64,000 nucleotides of DNA, from NCBI RefSeq assembly GCF_006345805.1, contig NC_043003.1, positions 74,524,001-74,588,000 of the forward strand, given 5' to 3'. The DNA comes from Octopus sinensis (taxonomy: Eukaryota). Shown here piece after piece: positions 24,503-39,085 of the stretch. The first letter of the stretch is position 1. Every line of letters begins with the position of its first letter. The notes beneath the pieces were generated by a model. It saw nothing but the letters and a program-made list of their open reading frames with translations, had not been told where the DNA came from and ran no database searches. The position numbers and the translations under genes were made by a program.

Positions 24503-26723
24503 CATATATATGTGTGGGAATGGGGGTGTCCATTTCTGTATGTATGTGAATGCTTGTGCCTTAGTCTTTGTGTTGTATTGCCCCCTACTATAACTTAGTT
24601 CGCGCCACCGTAACTTAATAGCTCGTCAACATAAGCCGATAGCATTAATAGTAGAGTAAAACAAAATTGATTACAGGGAAGTGCTTTGTTCTACTAAACT
24701 CTTCAAAACGGTATTCCACCCCAGCCGCGTCCAATGACTAAAAGAATTAAAATGTAAAAGATAAGTAACCGTTTTAGCAAATTTCAGCAATTCAACCCCG
24801 TTGTATTTAATCCAAACGCCAGTTAGTGTTTTAAGTTATCAAATTCTCATAACTAAAATTGCATTATAATCTAGCATATAAAAGTTGATAACCTTGTAGC
24901 TTGAATACCAAATTATTATGAATAGCGATTAATTTTTCATGAGCTTTGATAATTGTTTAAGTAACATAGCAGATTTTTAATCTAGATACATAAACATCGT
25001 ATAACTAATGCGAAATCAACTTTATATATTTTAGTATATGGCTCTCCAAACAATCATAAATCTGATAATAAACCAATGAACAAATGTCATAGTCACTAAT
25101 ATTACCTTGAAAGCCAACATGAGACAAATTTCATCACTAATGCTTGTTGCTATCGTTTGCCGGTGTCACTGTCACAATCGGTCTGAAACACTATAATATA
25201 CAGAAAGTACCACTATCCCCATACACTATAATGAATAGCAAATACAAGGAATCTTTGCAGTCGCTATCAACAGATTTTAAGACAGCGCACGCCTCCACAA
25301 CCGTCACCACTATGAAGACTACAACAAGCACACATCCTCACTACCGTCATTATACCCCAGCGTTCATTATTAATATCTCTTTCGTTATCGTCACTTTTAC
25401 ATTGTGCATTTAGTGACAAAATCTTAAGTAACCCTTTTTTTTAACGGTTTCAATGAATCATCTATTTTTGTCCAGGGCCAACGCTCCCAAATAATTTAGC
25501 AGATTAAATTAATCACGTTGCTTATTTTACTATTGTTTTTATAAGAAAAATATAAATCTGTTATATAGTATCAGTGCTATTTATACAAAATTACGCAAGA
25601 ATACAGCCACTTTTAATTACACAGTGATCACGTACCTACTCTCTCTCACACTCGCTCCTTTCCCTCTCTTTTTCTCTCTCTCTCTTTCACCCATACATAC
25701 TCTCATACATACAAACATAGTGATTCCTTCATCCTCACAGACGATTGCTGTCTCTTTGAACTTCCTCGTTGTCTATGGCATTTCTGATCTTCCGTCTATG
25801 ACCTTCAGTCCCGCTGCAGAGCTGCATGGCTTGAAGCAAAGAAAGTTGTAATTACCACTAGATTGATCAGATCACTCAGTGACATACGATTTTTGTGGAG
25901 ACATATGTCTCTCGGGACCCGAAATCGACATGCAAGCCCTTTCACCCACTATACATTTCAAGTCACCAATCTGAGAGAAAGGACGTAGTATAGAGCTGAT
26001 CGCTCATTGGAGTTAACAACGTTTAAACGCGCAGCCCTGAAAAGGCCTACACGACCACATGTTTCACACCGCCGACGTTACATGTTCTCATTGAGGTCCT
26101 GAATACAGTCCATCCGAATCAAGCACTTTAGGCTTTCGTACAAAATGCGACCCTCTTCAAATGTTTTACTCCCTGTCCTATAGGCTTTCCAAAGATATTT
26201 TTACATTGATCTGCAATTGTCTTAGTTGGCCTTTTAGGCAGACTTTTGTACGCTTATTGTGGCTTGTGCTAATGGCGCTTTTCAGTGTACAGCTCCTCTT
26301 TGAACAGCTGCTTTGGAATACTATTATCTGCTACATTCACAACGTGGCACACAAGCACAAATCTTACTCAGACTTAATAATTACTAAACAGAAACCAGTG
26401 ATTGATGAGTGTTAGCGTAATTCGTGTTCTGAATTTATTCATCGTTATTTAATATATGAATATGAACCAACTGATATACAAATGCGAGTATTAAATTTTA
26501 AGTACAAGTTACATAAATTTCTCATTTAATTATTTGTAGATAATTACATTATATAATAGCTAGAACGATAATTGCATAAATATCGAACGTTTGTGCTATT
26601 ATATAATTTATAGAGAGATTATATGTGCGGATGTTGTAACTGAGAAAATGGATAAAGTTCTTTTAAAAGTGTCTTACTAGAGTACATAAACCTGCAAACA
26701 TGTTAAAATTGATATCCATTATG

Positions 26724-26824
<101 letters not shown>

Positions 26825-26935
26825 GACTCTCTTTCTGTTTGCCTTTCAGTCCATTTGTATCTGTCTTACAGCATGTTTCATTCTCTCAATGTATCTAATT
26901 ATTTCTTCCTCCACTTATATATGTGTGTGTATATA

Positions 26936-28139
26936 TACACAGACATGCAGGAAGTAAATAGGCACCTTTAATTTTTAAAATCTTTTATTTAATGCTGAAA
27001 CCGAAGAATTGAAATGTAATTGATAGGTAGGACTACACACTTAAGTATTTAGTTGACATTCCCATTGCAGTTTTTAATTCAGAAACTATTTTTGGCATTG
27101 AACTGATGAGCTTTGTGACTGTCTCTTGTGGAATTTCTGCCCACTTTTCACGCAACAATCGAAAAATTTTAAGTTTAGATTTAGGTTTCTCTCGTGAGAA
27201 ATATGCTCAAAAGATTTTCAATTGGGTTCTTGAAAGGAGACTGGCTCGCCCAAGGAACTTTTTGATCCCATTTTCAGTCAGCCATTTTTATTCCTTTTCG
27301 TTGTGTGGCATAGAGCCCCATCTACCGTGAATAAAATCTCATTTTTCGTTATGTTATCGTTTGAATACATGGGAAGTAGTCCTTGCTTAAGTATTTCGAT
27401 GTATTTTTCAGAGTTTATAATTGCAACACATTCGATCAGCTCAGAACGGCCATTGCTGGTGATAGCTCCCCATAGCATGACAGAGATACCACCATGTTTC
27501 ACAGTTGCTTGGAGTCCTTTCAAATCAACTTCTTGATTGGGAAGCCTCCAGACCAAAGCACGTCACTCTATTCCAAAATGCACTGGATTTTTCTGACATC
27601 TCCTTAACCCATTTCTTTCTTTTCATGATGTCAATTAGTTGAGGGAAAGATTTTCTTCTAGCTGCTCGTCCATGATACACAAGCTTATGCTGACATCTAT
27701 CACACGTTCTTGGACTAACTTCTAGCCGTTTCGAACGGGGTTCGTTTTGCACAATTCTCTTCAAAGAGCAAAGCTTATTTTCCGAGGGCCCAGGTCGTTC
27801 GGGACGAGAATCTGTTCATTCTTTTCTTTGGCTTTTGAATTGCACTATAATTCTATTAACAGTAGTAAGAGGAGTTTGAAGATTTTCGGCAATTTTTCGC
27901 CGGCTTAGACCAGCCTCAGATTGCTCAACAATACGACCTCTTTGAAAATCTGATAGTTCTGCTGAATTTTTTGTACGTGGCATGGTTACTCTTCGCAAAT
28001 GTTTAATATAATGGCACCTGGAATGAAATGGAATGATTACATTGTCAATTCCTCACCGCTGAAAACATATTAACACGCTTAGATCAGAAATTTTGAAAAT
28101 TAAATGTGTCTATTTACTTCCTGTATGTCTGAGTGTGTA
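26936..28139 (-). mobile_element. Tc1-family (DD34E) DNA transposon, ~1.2 kb, with terminal inverted repeats; transposase decayed
   Basis: TIRs CAGACATGCAGGAAGTAAATAGGCACCTTTAATTTTTAAAAT (26938-26981) and its inverse (28090-28135) next to TA; [48 protein letters not shown]. Confidence 0.93.
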
Positions 28140-28220
28140 TGTGTGTGTAAAATTTATATACATAATTCTCAATGTATATTTATGCATATGTATATGCATG
28201 TATATATGTCCATGTATGTT

Positions 28221-28273
<53 letters not shown>

Positions 28274-30284
28274 TGAGAAAGACAGAGGGAGAGGTGCAAA
28301 ACTCAAAATTCACACGGAAGATGTAGAACCGCAGAGTGTATTAGTTTTACGTTCAGAAAAACTAGAGAGAAAAATATTAGCTTTCAAGTATTTTCTTTTC
28401 CTCAGAAAGAATAGATTGGGTGAAAAAGAATGGAGAGAGAAAGAACAAGCTCAGTTAGAAGATCCCCGAATACTGGAATGACTGGAAGAGGAAGACGTTG
28501 CTAGAGACGTGAACAGCAACTGGGAAAACTCTGAGTGTTTACTCGAAGCGTGTGGGCTGCGAAGACAACTATGACTCTGGCATATGTGTGAGAGAGAGAG
28601 CAAACACGTGTGTGCATTCGAAGTTAATGCGTACCTGTACACAGTGTGTCATAATGCGTCCGTATTTCTATGAATGAGCGCATGTATGTGCCAATGTTTT
28701 CTGTTTATATGTGTGCTTGTAACGGTACCCAACATATGTTCGAGTGTGTGTGCGTATGTGTGTGTGCGTTCGCGCCTGTGTGCGTTTGTGCGAAGAATTA
28801 TATAAATTAAAAGGGGTGGATAATTTGACCGTAAAAATACACGCGTGCGCGCGTACACACACGCAGTGATAGACAGACACACATATGCATATATTAGTTT
28901 AAGCTGGCTTTATTCAGGATCAATTATGGTAATTAGAACTGATTATATATCTCATTCATTTTATGCACAGTGAGCGCTAATACGTTCATTCACCCATAAT
29001 AGGGAACAGGTACTTCTACTCCGGATCAATGTAAACCGAGAAAAAATATTGGGTTGGTGGTGATTTCGCGCTCATGAAAACTCTGGGGCTCCTGAGTCAG
29101 AGCCCCAGTACTGGTTCAAGTTTAAACTCATACTCAGCACACATGAAAGACCGGTCCCATCAAAATATAGCCCTCCCCTCTGTTGCAATTAATTTCAAGA
29201 AATTCCACACATTTTAATACGATAGGCTTTACAGTTGCCTTTTAACTCGTACAATGGTTCAGAAAATACCCGACAATGATAGAGGTGCAAGAATGGGTGT
29301 ACGTGAGCACGTCATTGGCTCAATGCAATAATGCGAATCATTATAAGGTGTTTATTCCGCCAGGAATTTACCTTTCATGTTGAGAAATTGCTACCAAACA
29401 TTTCACTACTACGCTCTATCACTGAGTTACGGTTTCCGTAAGTTACACAACAATTTTATGGTCATTATAATTTTCTATCCAATTTACTAAAGGATCACCA
29501 ACACGGCCACAAGCTCACTCTCGTAACTATTTCCTATGAAGCTAATATTTGCCAAGTATTTCGGGTATGCAGGCGAATTTTAATCCTTGATTACTGGACG
29601 AGTAGTCCAACAAATAAAATATCAATCGCTGGATAAATGAGAATCATCAAGGTGAAAAAATACCTCTTTCGAAAATGATGTGGTTTATATTTGTAACAGA
29701 TAAAAGTGTTACAAAGAACAAACTGAAATATAATCTATGATTGTTTTTCCATTCATACAGACAATGGGGTTTGAAACCAGTATGATTATTAAATTTGTTC
29801 GGGTTAAAACCTTTAGATAATCACTTATTCTTTTATTAGTTTCAGTGATCTTGACTGCGGCCATGCTACAGCAACACCTTTAGTATTATATAAAAAACTT
29901 GTAATACTATTTTCACTATTCATTTATTGTCAATTCTTTATAAATTCAATCAATAATCGACAGCTTAATATTTTCCATTGCCCCGTTATCAAGAAGCAAA
30001 TGATCTCTATCTCTATGCGGATAAATGAAAAACCACAGTCCCATCGTCGTAAAAGCGAGAAGTAGAAACACCGATTTGCGATTCATCAAAACTCAGCTTA
30101 GAAAATATAATGAGTTTTTTTTTTTCCATTCTACCTCGCTGTAATTGAGTAATTTTTTTAGCTTAGCAGAATTTAATACCAATATAAATCTTGATCCTTC
30201 ACGCATACATACTATATATGTGTATGTTTGTAGGTTAAAGATTCATGTGCATGTATGTATATATGAATATGTGTATGTATGTAA

Positions 30285-30348
30285 CGCGTAAATATATATA
30301 TATATATGTGTGTGTGAGTGTGTGTGTGTATATATATATGTATGTATG

Positions 30349-30397
<49 letters not shown>

Positions 30398-30402
30398 GTA
30401 TG

Positions 30403-30484
<82 letters not shown>

Positions 30485-30492
30485 ATATATAT

Positions 30493-30577
<85 letters not shown>

Positions 30578-30590
30578 TATATATATGTAT
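30285..30590. repeat. (TA)n / (TATG)n microsatellite
   Basis: Direct run. Confidence 0.95.
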
Positions 30591-30939
30591 ATATGCATGT
30601 AGATAACTATATGAAATGTATATTAGATTTAAATAGATGCAGTCATGTACAGAACGAATGTAGTACTTGTAAATATAAGTTAGAAGGAAATACTCATGTT
30701 TTTATATTGCTTACTATAAACAATATTATCCAAATAATTGAATTTATATTTTGGTGCCTCTCTAAACAATTGTTTGTCGGAAAAGCGAAAAGTAAAGACG
30801 AATAGACCACGTTATCACACTACCTGCTTTATGCAGCGCAACACTCAAAGAAGTGTTTTGTTATTTCTACCATCCACAAATAGATGGCTTCAAACTGGGA
30901 ATTAGAAGGCAAAACGTGGTAATTCAAATGATATTAAGC

Positions 30940-30942
30940 AGT

Positions 30943-31005
<63 letters not shown>
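30940..31005. repeat. (AGC)n(AGT)n microsatellite
   Basis: Direct run. Confidence 0.95.
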
Positions 31006-31006
<1 letters not shown>

Positions 31007-31301
31007 TAAACCTCTGCTGCGCTCTGAAGCTTTTCGACTTTATAAACAGTATTCACCCATACGTATGCACAAATGTATGTATGAATATAGTTATGTCTGT
31101 ATGTATGCATGTTGGTGCATGTATATGTGCATGTATGTATGTATGTATGTGTATATCTGCGTCTATGTATGTGTGTGTATGTATGTATGCTCAAATGGTA
31201 ACTTGAGTAGTACCTGTATTTGAAAGGGCTGTGATATCCTGGTATGTTAAATAGATGAATATAAATGAATCAAATTTTACTAGTGATACCAAAAATTTGC
31301 C

Positions 31302-31334
<33 letters not shown>

Positions 31335-31353
31335 TAACGATGATGATGATGAT

Positions 31354-31419
<66 letters not shown>

Positions 31420-31420
<1 letters not shown>

Positions 31421-31972
31421 CCCTGATCAGTGCCAGGCAGTGGCTCTCATGGCTTCTGATCTTAACTGATTGGAAGTGTTATCATGTACATTGTTTTGTC
31501 TTGGTATAAAAGATGGGCTACAGCAAATATTCTGCTCAATACCACAGATTCGCTTGTCAGTTGTTTGACTTTAACCAGTTGAGCATGTCCCTTAGTGGCT
31601 GACGATATGTGCATCTCTGATCACGAGCAGAAGTAGTGGGGTAGCATCATAGCCATGTGTTGAGAGGGATTCTTTGGGGTTTGAATAATTCACCTCTTGA
31701 AACATGGGTGTTTCGTTCAATATCCTTAAACAACCCTTATTCAGAGACCTTTCGAGTGGGATGGGTTACTCGACCTGACGAAAATTCTAACTGGGCTCCA
31801 CCTGCAAGGTCATGTGCTGTTTATTTTGGTATGAGATCACCATGTTGCGCACATATGGTTGTGATGCATGTGCCTAGTGTACCCCTATCAGACGGGTAGT
31901 CATGATGGGTATACTGGGCTTCGTATATTTTACCCCAGTGTCACTTTGATGGCATGCACTGCTCTCTCACTC

Positions 31973-31973
<1 letters not shown>
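31420..31973 (+). mobile_element. ~555 bp non-coding element flanked by (AAT)n on both sides
   Basis: Starts GCCCTGATCAGTGCCAGGCAGTGG after (AAT)n, ends CTGCTCTCTCACTC before (AAT)n; homologues at 16897, 46460, 46923 and 53916. Confidence 0.85.
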
Positions 31974-32016
<43 letters not shown>

Positions 32017-32492
32017 TTCTCTATAAATTTGGCACAAGACTGCAATTTTAGTAAGAGGAATTCCGTCGTTTACATTGACTATAGCACATGACTGGTTCTT
32101 TATTTGATCGTTTTCCAAAAGATGGAAGGCAAAGTAGACTTCGACATGTTTAGGACCCAAAACTAAAGATCGGGGAAAACGTCACTATGATTTTTTGCAG
32201 TGGTCTCATAATTGCGCCTATCACCACATTAACATTTTGCTTCGTTATTGGCACAATGGCGATAGATGTTAGAATATTAGTGGAACCACGCAAGAAGATG
32301 ATTTTTGTTAACATGTAAGATAAAGAAATGAAAATGATGGATGTATTTCCTCTGTGTATGTAGATATATCAAAACAGGAGAGTGGAAAAAAATAGTATGA
32401 TTTATGCACCATTGCACGAGTTTCGTTTACTAGCAGGAGTTACAAAAATGTATATGTAGGTGAAACAATATGGACTTGGCATTTGATTCTCT

Positions 32493-32880
32493 GAAGGCGG
32501 CAAGCTGCGAGAATCGTTAGCACGCCGGGCGAAATGCCTAGTGGTATTTTGTTAGCCGCTACGTTCTGAGTTCAAATTCCGCTGAGATCGACTTTGCCAT
32601 TCATCCTTTCAGGGTCGATAAATTAAGCACCAGTGACGCACAGGGGTCGATGTAATCGACTTAATCTGTTCGTATGTCCTTGTTTGTTCCATCTGTGTTT
32701 AGCCCCTTGTGGGTAGTAAAGAAATAGGTATTTCGTCCGTCTTTACGTTCTGAATTCAAATTCAGCTGAGGCTAACTTTGCCTTTCATGTTTTCGAGAAC
32801 AATAATTAGAGAACCAGTGAAACACTGGGGTCTGTGTAATCGACTTGTCCCCACTCCCAATTTTTTGGCCTTTTGCCTTT
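32493..32880 (+). mobile_element. SINE family B copy with LINE-like 3' tail and internal partial duplication
   Basis: AGGCGGCAAGCTG...GTTCTGAGTTCAAATTCC (B-box-like)...GGGGTCGATGTAATCGAC...tail TGTCCTTGTTTGTTCC..AGCCCCTTGTGGGTAGTAAAGAAAT (32675-32726); second partial unit 32727-32880. Confidence 0.85.
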
Positions 32881-33212
32881 AGTAGATATGATATATATGA
32901 TTCTCTATCTGCAAAATTTCAAACACGAGATATTTTACTTGCTTTTCCTAATATACAATTTTGTAACTCCTATTAGTACATGAAATACATGTAATGGTGA
33001 TTAAATAATACCAAAATATAATACCCAATCTCCTGTTTTGTTATGTAATTATTCTGCAAAATATATTTTCATGTATTTTTAAACGGTTATCATTACCTCA
33101 TAGGAATATAACATCTACACACAATTTTGAAGTACTGGATGAAGCAGTTGTAATTCAAGAGGACACAGCTTGGCTTTAACCCTATCTTCATGCTGTATAG
33201 GTAAACATACGC

Positions 33213-33244
<32 letters not shown>

Positions 33245-33959
33245 AAAATACATACTTACATAGAAGTGAACAAACGAAAGAAAAGGGAACTCAACAGATT
33301 TAGTATAAGTTACATGTATTATTTGAAACCGTTTGATTCTGTTCTGTGCGACTTCAAGCTTCGTGAGAACCTAGCTGGGGCTCGTGTCTTTCAGGTTTTG
33401 GTTTGCCGGAACCGAATCAAACTGTTTTAAATAATAAATGTGTGTGTATGTGTGCGTGCGCGCGCATGGACGCGCGTGTACGTTTGTGTTTGTATGTATT
33501 CGTGCATGCATTTATTCATACGTATGTAAACTACATATTCAAACTACTCACGTACACTATGGTACAAGGGCGAGAGGAAGAAAGACAGATAAGATCAAAT
33601 AGATTCCTCAATGATATGAAGTTGATATGATCCGTAGTTGCCCTGTCGACGAAGGGTAAGTGGCATCTGTTAGAATAGTGAATTCTGATTGTGTAACCTG
33701 TGTAATTGTTACCACTTTCCTATAAATTCTTGCAAAACGTTATTTGTTTCTTACCCCTCATTTTGTTTGTTAGTAAACTGATACGGACTTGCCAAACAGG
33801 GGAGTGCCAGAGTTCATTTCTTTCATTCTTGTATGTTATGCAAGCTCCTTCAGTACAATCACCGGACGGAGGCAAATAGTATGCGTTTCTCTATTTAGGG
33901 GTAGGCGGTACGGTGTTCACTATGTAACGATGTGCTTGGCTGATAATACCTCCACACAT

Positions 33960-34288
33960 TCTCTTTCATCATTACTCCTCGTATGGTGATAACAATCGTC
34001 GTCATGATTGTCGGCGTCGTCGTTGTCATCAACATCATCATCATTGTCGTTCTAATCGTCATCACCGTCACGCTCATCACTTATTGTCATCCCCATCATT
34101 ACTATCATCTCTGATATCACTGCGGCCGTTATCAACAGCTACATCCCATATGGGTAGCGTGGACTTAGTTATTCATAACACTTTTCCTCTTAAGAGTTCA
34201 TTTGTGTTGACATTGGAAAAGACAACAGCAACAACGCGTAAACAGTACTGCCAAGTGTCAGCGCTTTTTACCCCCTTTCACAATCATC

Positions 34289-34320
<32 letters not shown>

Positions 34321-34366
34321 CATCATCGTCATCATCGTCATCATCATCATCATCATCATCATCATC

Positions 34367-34397
<31 letters not shown>

Positions 34398-35238
34398 TCA
34401 TCACTTCCACCGTCCTTCTCCTCCTCCTCCTCTCATCATCATCATCATCAATGTCACTACTTCCCAAGCCCAATAAGGCATCTAGAAATAACACACCAGT
34501 TTCTTGAAAAACAAACAAAAATTTTTTTTTAAATAAAATAAAAATATGAAAGGATTTTGTCTACAGCTACATTAGATAATGTTGTCCTAGATACACGATG
34601 CATGAAAAAAAAAGAATAGAATGGATGTTCTTAGCTGGAATTGCGTAATGATGATCAAATCTGTGTCTAAATAACAACATGACCGGCCTCCGATCAGCTG
34701 AGATGCAGCTTTCGTCAAAAGTACTGTTTCCTCTCAACCACTAGCACCGCTACTACCTCCGTCACTAACACCGCAGCCGTTACCACATACAGTAACATCA
34801 TCACGTACTCCAACACCGTCAACAACAACAACACTACCACTACCGCCCCCCTGCTAGCGAAAACAACAATGCCCCCATCACCAACACTAGCATGAATCGC
34901 CGCACCGCAAGTGGCTTCTCGCCACTACCACCACCACCACCACCACCACCACCACCACCACACCACCACCACCACCACCGCCACCACCGCTACTACTACT
35001 ACAAATACTAACAACAACAACAGCAACAACAATCACAAGAGCAACAACAAACGAACATCACAATCCCCACAACCGCCACCACCACCACTACTACCACCGC
35101 CACTCCAGCCGTGAGCTCCACCACCACCACCATCATCACCACCACCACCAATACCGCAACCAGCACTAACACAAGTAGCAGTTGCAGCAGCAATATTATC
35201 ATTACCATCGTCTCGGAAATCACCCATCGTTTTGATCG

Positions 35239-35307
<69 letters not shown>

Positions 35308-35576
35308 ACATCATCATCATCATCATCATCATCATGTTCATCATCAGGTAAAAACATCCAATACCTGCCACTGTTGTTGTTGTTGTTGTCATCGCAGTTC
35401 TTTTTTATGTGATGAAGGCTGAATGAGTGACGACGACACACATCAAGCGAAGCAAAACAACCGAAAGCGGCAGCAGCAGCAGCAGCAACAGCGACAGCAG
35501 CAACATCATTACTACTACTACTACACTACTACTACTACAACTACTACTACAACAACAACAACTACTACTACTACTA

Positions 35577-35625
<49 letters not shown>

Positions 35626-35628
35626 GCC

Positions 35629-35668
<40 letters not shown>

Positions 35669-35950
35669 TTGCTGCTACTACTACTACTGCTACGTGTGGT
35701 CGTTGTAGCAGCAGCAGTATTAGCAGTCTCAGCAGCTGCATCAGCAGCAGCAGCGGCAGCGGCAGCGGCAGCGGCAGCAGTGGCAGAAAGAACGGCAGGA
35801 GCAGCGATGTTTCCATGTGTGACGTTTTCATCGTTATCATCGACAATATTAAAACTAACAGAAACAACAACAGCAACAACAACAACAACAACAAAAGCAG
35901 CAACGGCAGCAGCAGCAGCAGTTACAGCCACAACAAGAACACCAATTACA

Positions 35951-35982
<32 letters not shown>

Positions 35983-36400
35983 AACTACTACTACTATTAC
36001 TACAACATCAGCCGCAACATATAACGTGTACAAAAAGAAGCTTTATCAGTGCAATTACCACTACTGCTGCTTCCTCTACGGCCAACACCAGCGAATATCA
36101 TCTCCAGTAGGATCTTCACTACTATTATTACTAGCCCTGAAACAACAACATCAACAACAACTACTAATACTACTACTACTACTACTAATACTACAAAGGC
36201 CGCGACTGTTGTCACTACTAATACTACTACAACTACTGCCACTACTACTACTACTACTACCACTAACACTACCACCACCACCACCGTCGCTGTTATTCTA
36301 CTACAGCAACACTTGCAGTTGGCTTTGGGAAATGTGCATTACACCATCTTTCAGAAACTGCTATTGGTGCAACAACAAAACTGTGCACCCAGACACACTG
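33960..36400. repeat. ~2.4 kb mosaic of trinucleotide repeats (CAT, CAC, CGT, CAA, CAG, TAC)
   Basis: Direct inspection; homopolymeric amino-acid runs in all frames. Confidence 0.95.
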
Positions 36401-37579
36401 ACGAAGTTCTTGCGCGGATTTACCTGTCTTTTTGGGTGTGTCTTTCTTTTAATTTCTTTCTTTCATCTTTCTTTCACTTTCTTATTTGTTTTACACAATT
36501 ATCATCATAATTATTAGTATCATTATTATTATGGTTTTTTCTTTTTCATTTTCTATTGTTTGTCACAGAAGAATTTTTATACCGGATATAGCGTTATAAA
36601 ACTGAATCATACTGAACTTGCTTGTGTTCGGGTCCGATTATTAATGCTTTACTAACTACACTTTCTAATTTATTTACCTATTTATTAAACGTCTCTAATA
36701 TTTCTCTCTTCCCTTCAAATGTAACTGTATGTCCCATTCCTCTTTCACTGTGGTCTTCTGCGTGTGTGTATATGTGTGTGTTTGTGTGTGTGTGTGCAAT
36801 ATTTTGCACTGGCCCACTACTAACTTTCATTATTACATGTATTAGTTATTTTAAAACTCGTTAATAACACCTCTGTTTATATATTTACTAGTATCGTATC
36901 GAAGAAAATTAGTTATCACATACATATACGCAATAATCCGTCGCGCACTAGGCATCAGCATGCACGCACGTATTATTTACCATGTGGGGTTTCCTTAATA
37001 TTTATTTCATTTCTGATTACTATAGATAATATAATTATTAAATTGGGAATTTCGAGTATTTGTTTCTCTCTATGGATTTCTGTGACTTCACGCACACACA
37101 CGTGTGTGTGTGTTTGCGTTTGTGTATGTGTGTGTGCGTGCGTGCGTGCACTTCTAAGCGTATCTCTGCTATTCATTTGTCGTCAACTCTTTGTAGAACT
37201 TCTTGGTGTTACCCCGTGAGTTTGGAGCATGTATATTGAAATAAAATTCGCTTGTAAGATCAGTATAGGTTAAAGCAAAGGTTATTTTCAAACAAATACA
37301 TTAAACTTAAAACTACACAAAAGACACAGAACTGTTGCAAATAATATTGCTGTTGTTTCTGTTGCTAGAGTTCTCAATGTTGTGATCGTGAATGGCAGAA
37401 AAATCAGTAAATGATCAGCTAATAATTTGCCGTTATGTCCGGTTCGTATATACATTCATCCTTGTAAACATTTAGTGGGTGGGTGAGTTAAATCAATACA
37501 TTTACCCATCAGGTGTGCCGGCTTTCTGTCCATATCAGAAATCATCCCAATAATTATTGTCTCATTACTATTATTATTA

Positions 37580-37746
37580 TTTTTGCCTTTCATCCTTTCG
37601 GGGTCGATTAAATAAGTACCAGTTACGCACTAGTGTCGATATAATAAACTACCTCCATTCCTCCTAAATTTTCAAGGCCTTGTGCCTAGAGTAGAAATAA
37701 TAATAGTACTACTACTACTAATAATTATAAATTATTATTGTTGTTG

Positions 37747-37824
<78 letters not shown>

Positions 37825-38020
37825 TATTATCATCATCATCACGGAGACAAGCTGGCGACACTTCGCCCTTTTTACCTTCCGTGTTTAAATTCAACCGATA
37901 TCGACTTTGCCTTTCATTCTTCTGGGGTCGACGCAATAAATACTAGCTGAGCACTGGTGTCGATGAAATCGATTCACACTTTCCCCCCGAAACAGCTGGC
38001 ATTGTGCCAAAATTTTAAAC
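37580..38020 (+). mobile_element. Two SINE family B copies separated by (ATT)n
   Basis: TTCATCCTTTCGGGGTCGAT...AAGTACCAGTTACGCAC at 37585; ACAAGCTGGCG...GTCGATGAAATCGA at 37846. Confidence 0.75.
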
Positions 38021-38592
38021 CACCACCATCATCATCATCATCATTAATAATATTTCTAGTATTAAGGGCATTAGATTGGTGGAGTTGTTAAAGTGACTTT
38101 TTTCCTACATATAAAACACGAGGTCTCATTTGAGATGTTCTATGTCTCTTTTACACCAAGATTACCATGAAAATGCGAAAAAAACCTAAGTTAGAAAACG
38201 AGATTGGTGCTTATAATGAAGTCAATCAGCCTCTAATTCAATATTCATTTCTTTTAAACTATATTGCCAACCCCATATATTTTTACAGCTAGAGTATGAT
38301 AAGACGTTGATTTTCAATATTTCACAATTAATATATATATATGAAGTGAAATGATTTAGAAAAGTAAAAATCATAGTCACAACAAGCATGTTATAATAAG
38401 AAGCAAAACCGTTAGATATTTTCCAAGTGATTTTCCGACGCATATATACACATACATAGACATAAATGAATACCTACACACATATGCTTACACACACTTA
38501 AAGAGATACTTAGACATATACAAATTCCTACACACACTCAAACATTTCACAGAACTATAAATATATCTAAACACATGCGCGGGTTTAGACAT

Positions 38593-38631
<39 letters not shown>

Positions 38632-38846
38632 AACGTATGCATGTATTTACAATCACTAACTCACAAAGAAGATCACACAGTCATACGCTTGCCTTAATCA
38701 ACATGTACATACACACTGCAGATATATATATATACATATATACATATATACATATAGACACTCAAGTTCACAAATACACATGTATACATTCTCATACATA
38801 TAAATGCATAGAAACAAAATACAAACATGGATGTTTACATGTATCC

Positions 38847-38849
<3 letters not shown>

Positions 38850-38907
<58 letters not shown>

Positions 38908-39026
38908 TGCAGATATAATATATAATCATTTAAATACCTATAAAAATATACGTATATAAAAATGCGCATTACTAGCCGCAGAAATATATAAATTATATAC
39001 AGACATGTGCAGACACACACAAACAC

Positions 39027-39085
<59 letters not shown>

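Noticed and set aside
28451-28642. 63-aa Ser-rich ORF as a host exon
   Set aside because: No homology recognised and no convincing splice-site pair.
35423-36517. 364-aa ORF, the longest in the window
   Set aside because: Entirely homopolymeric runs from trinucleotide repeats; no domain; similar ORFs occur in several frames on both strands.
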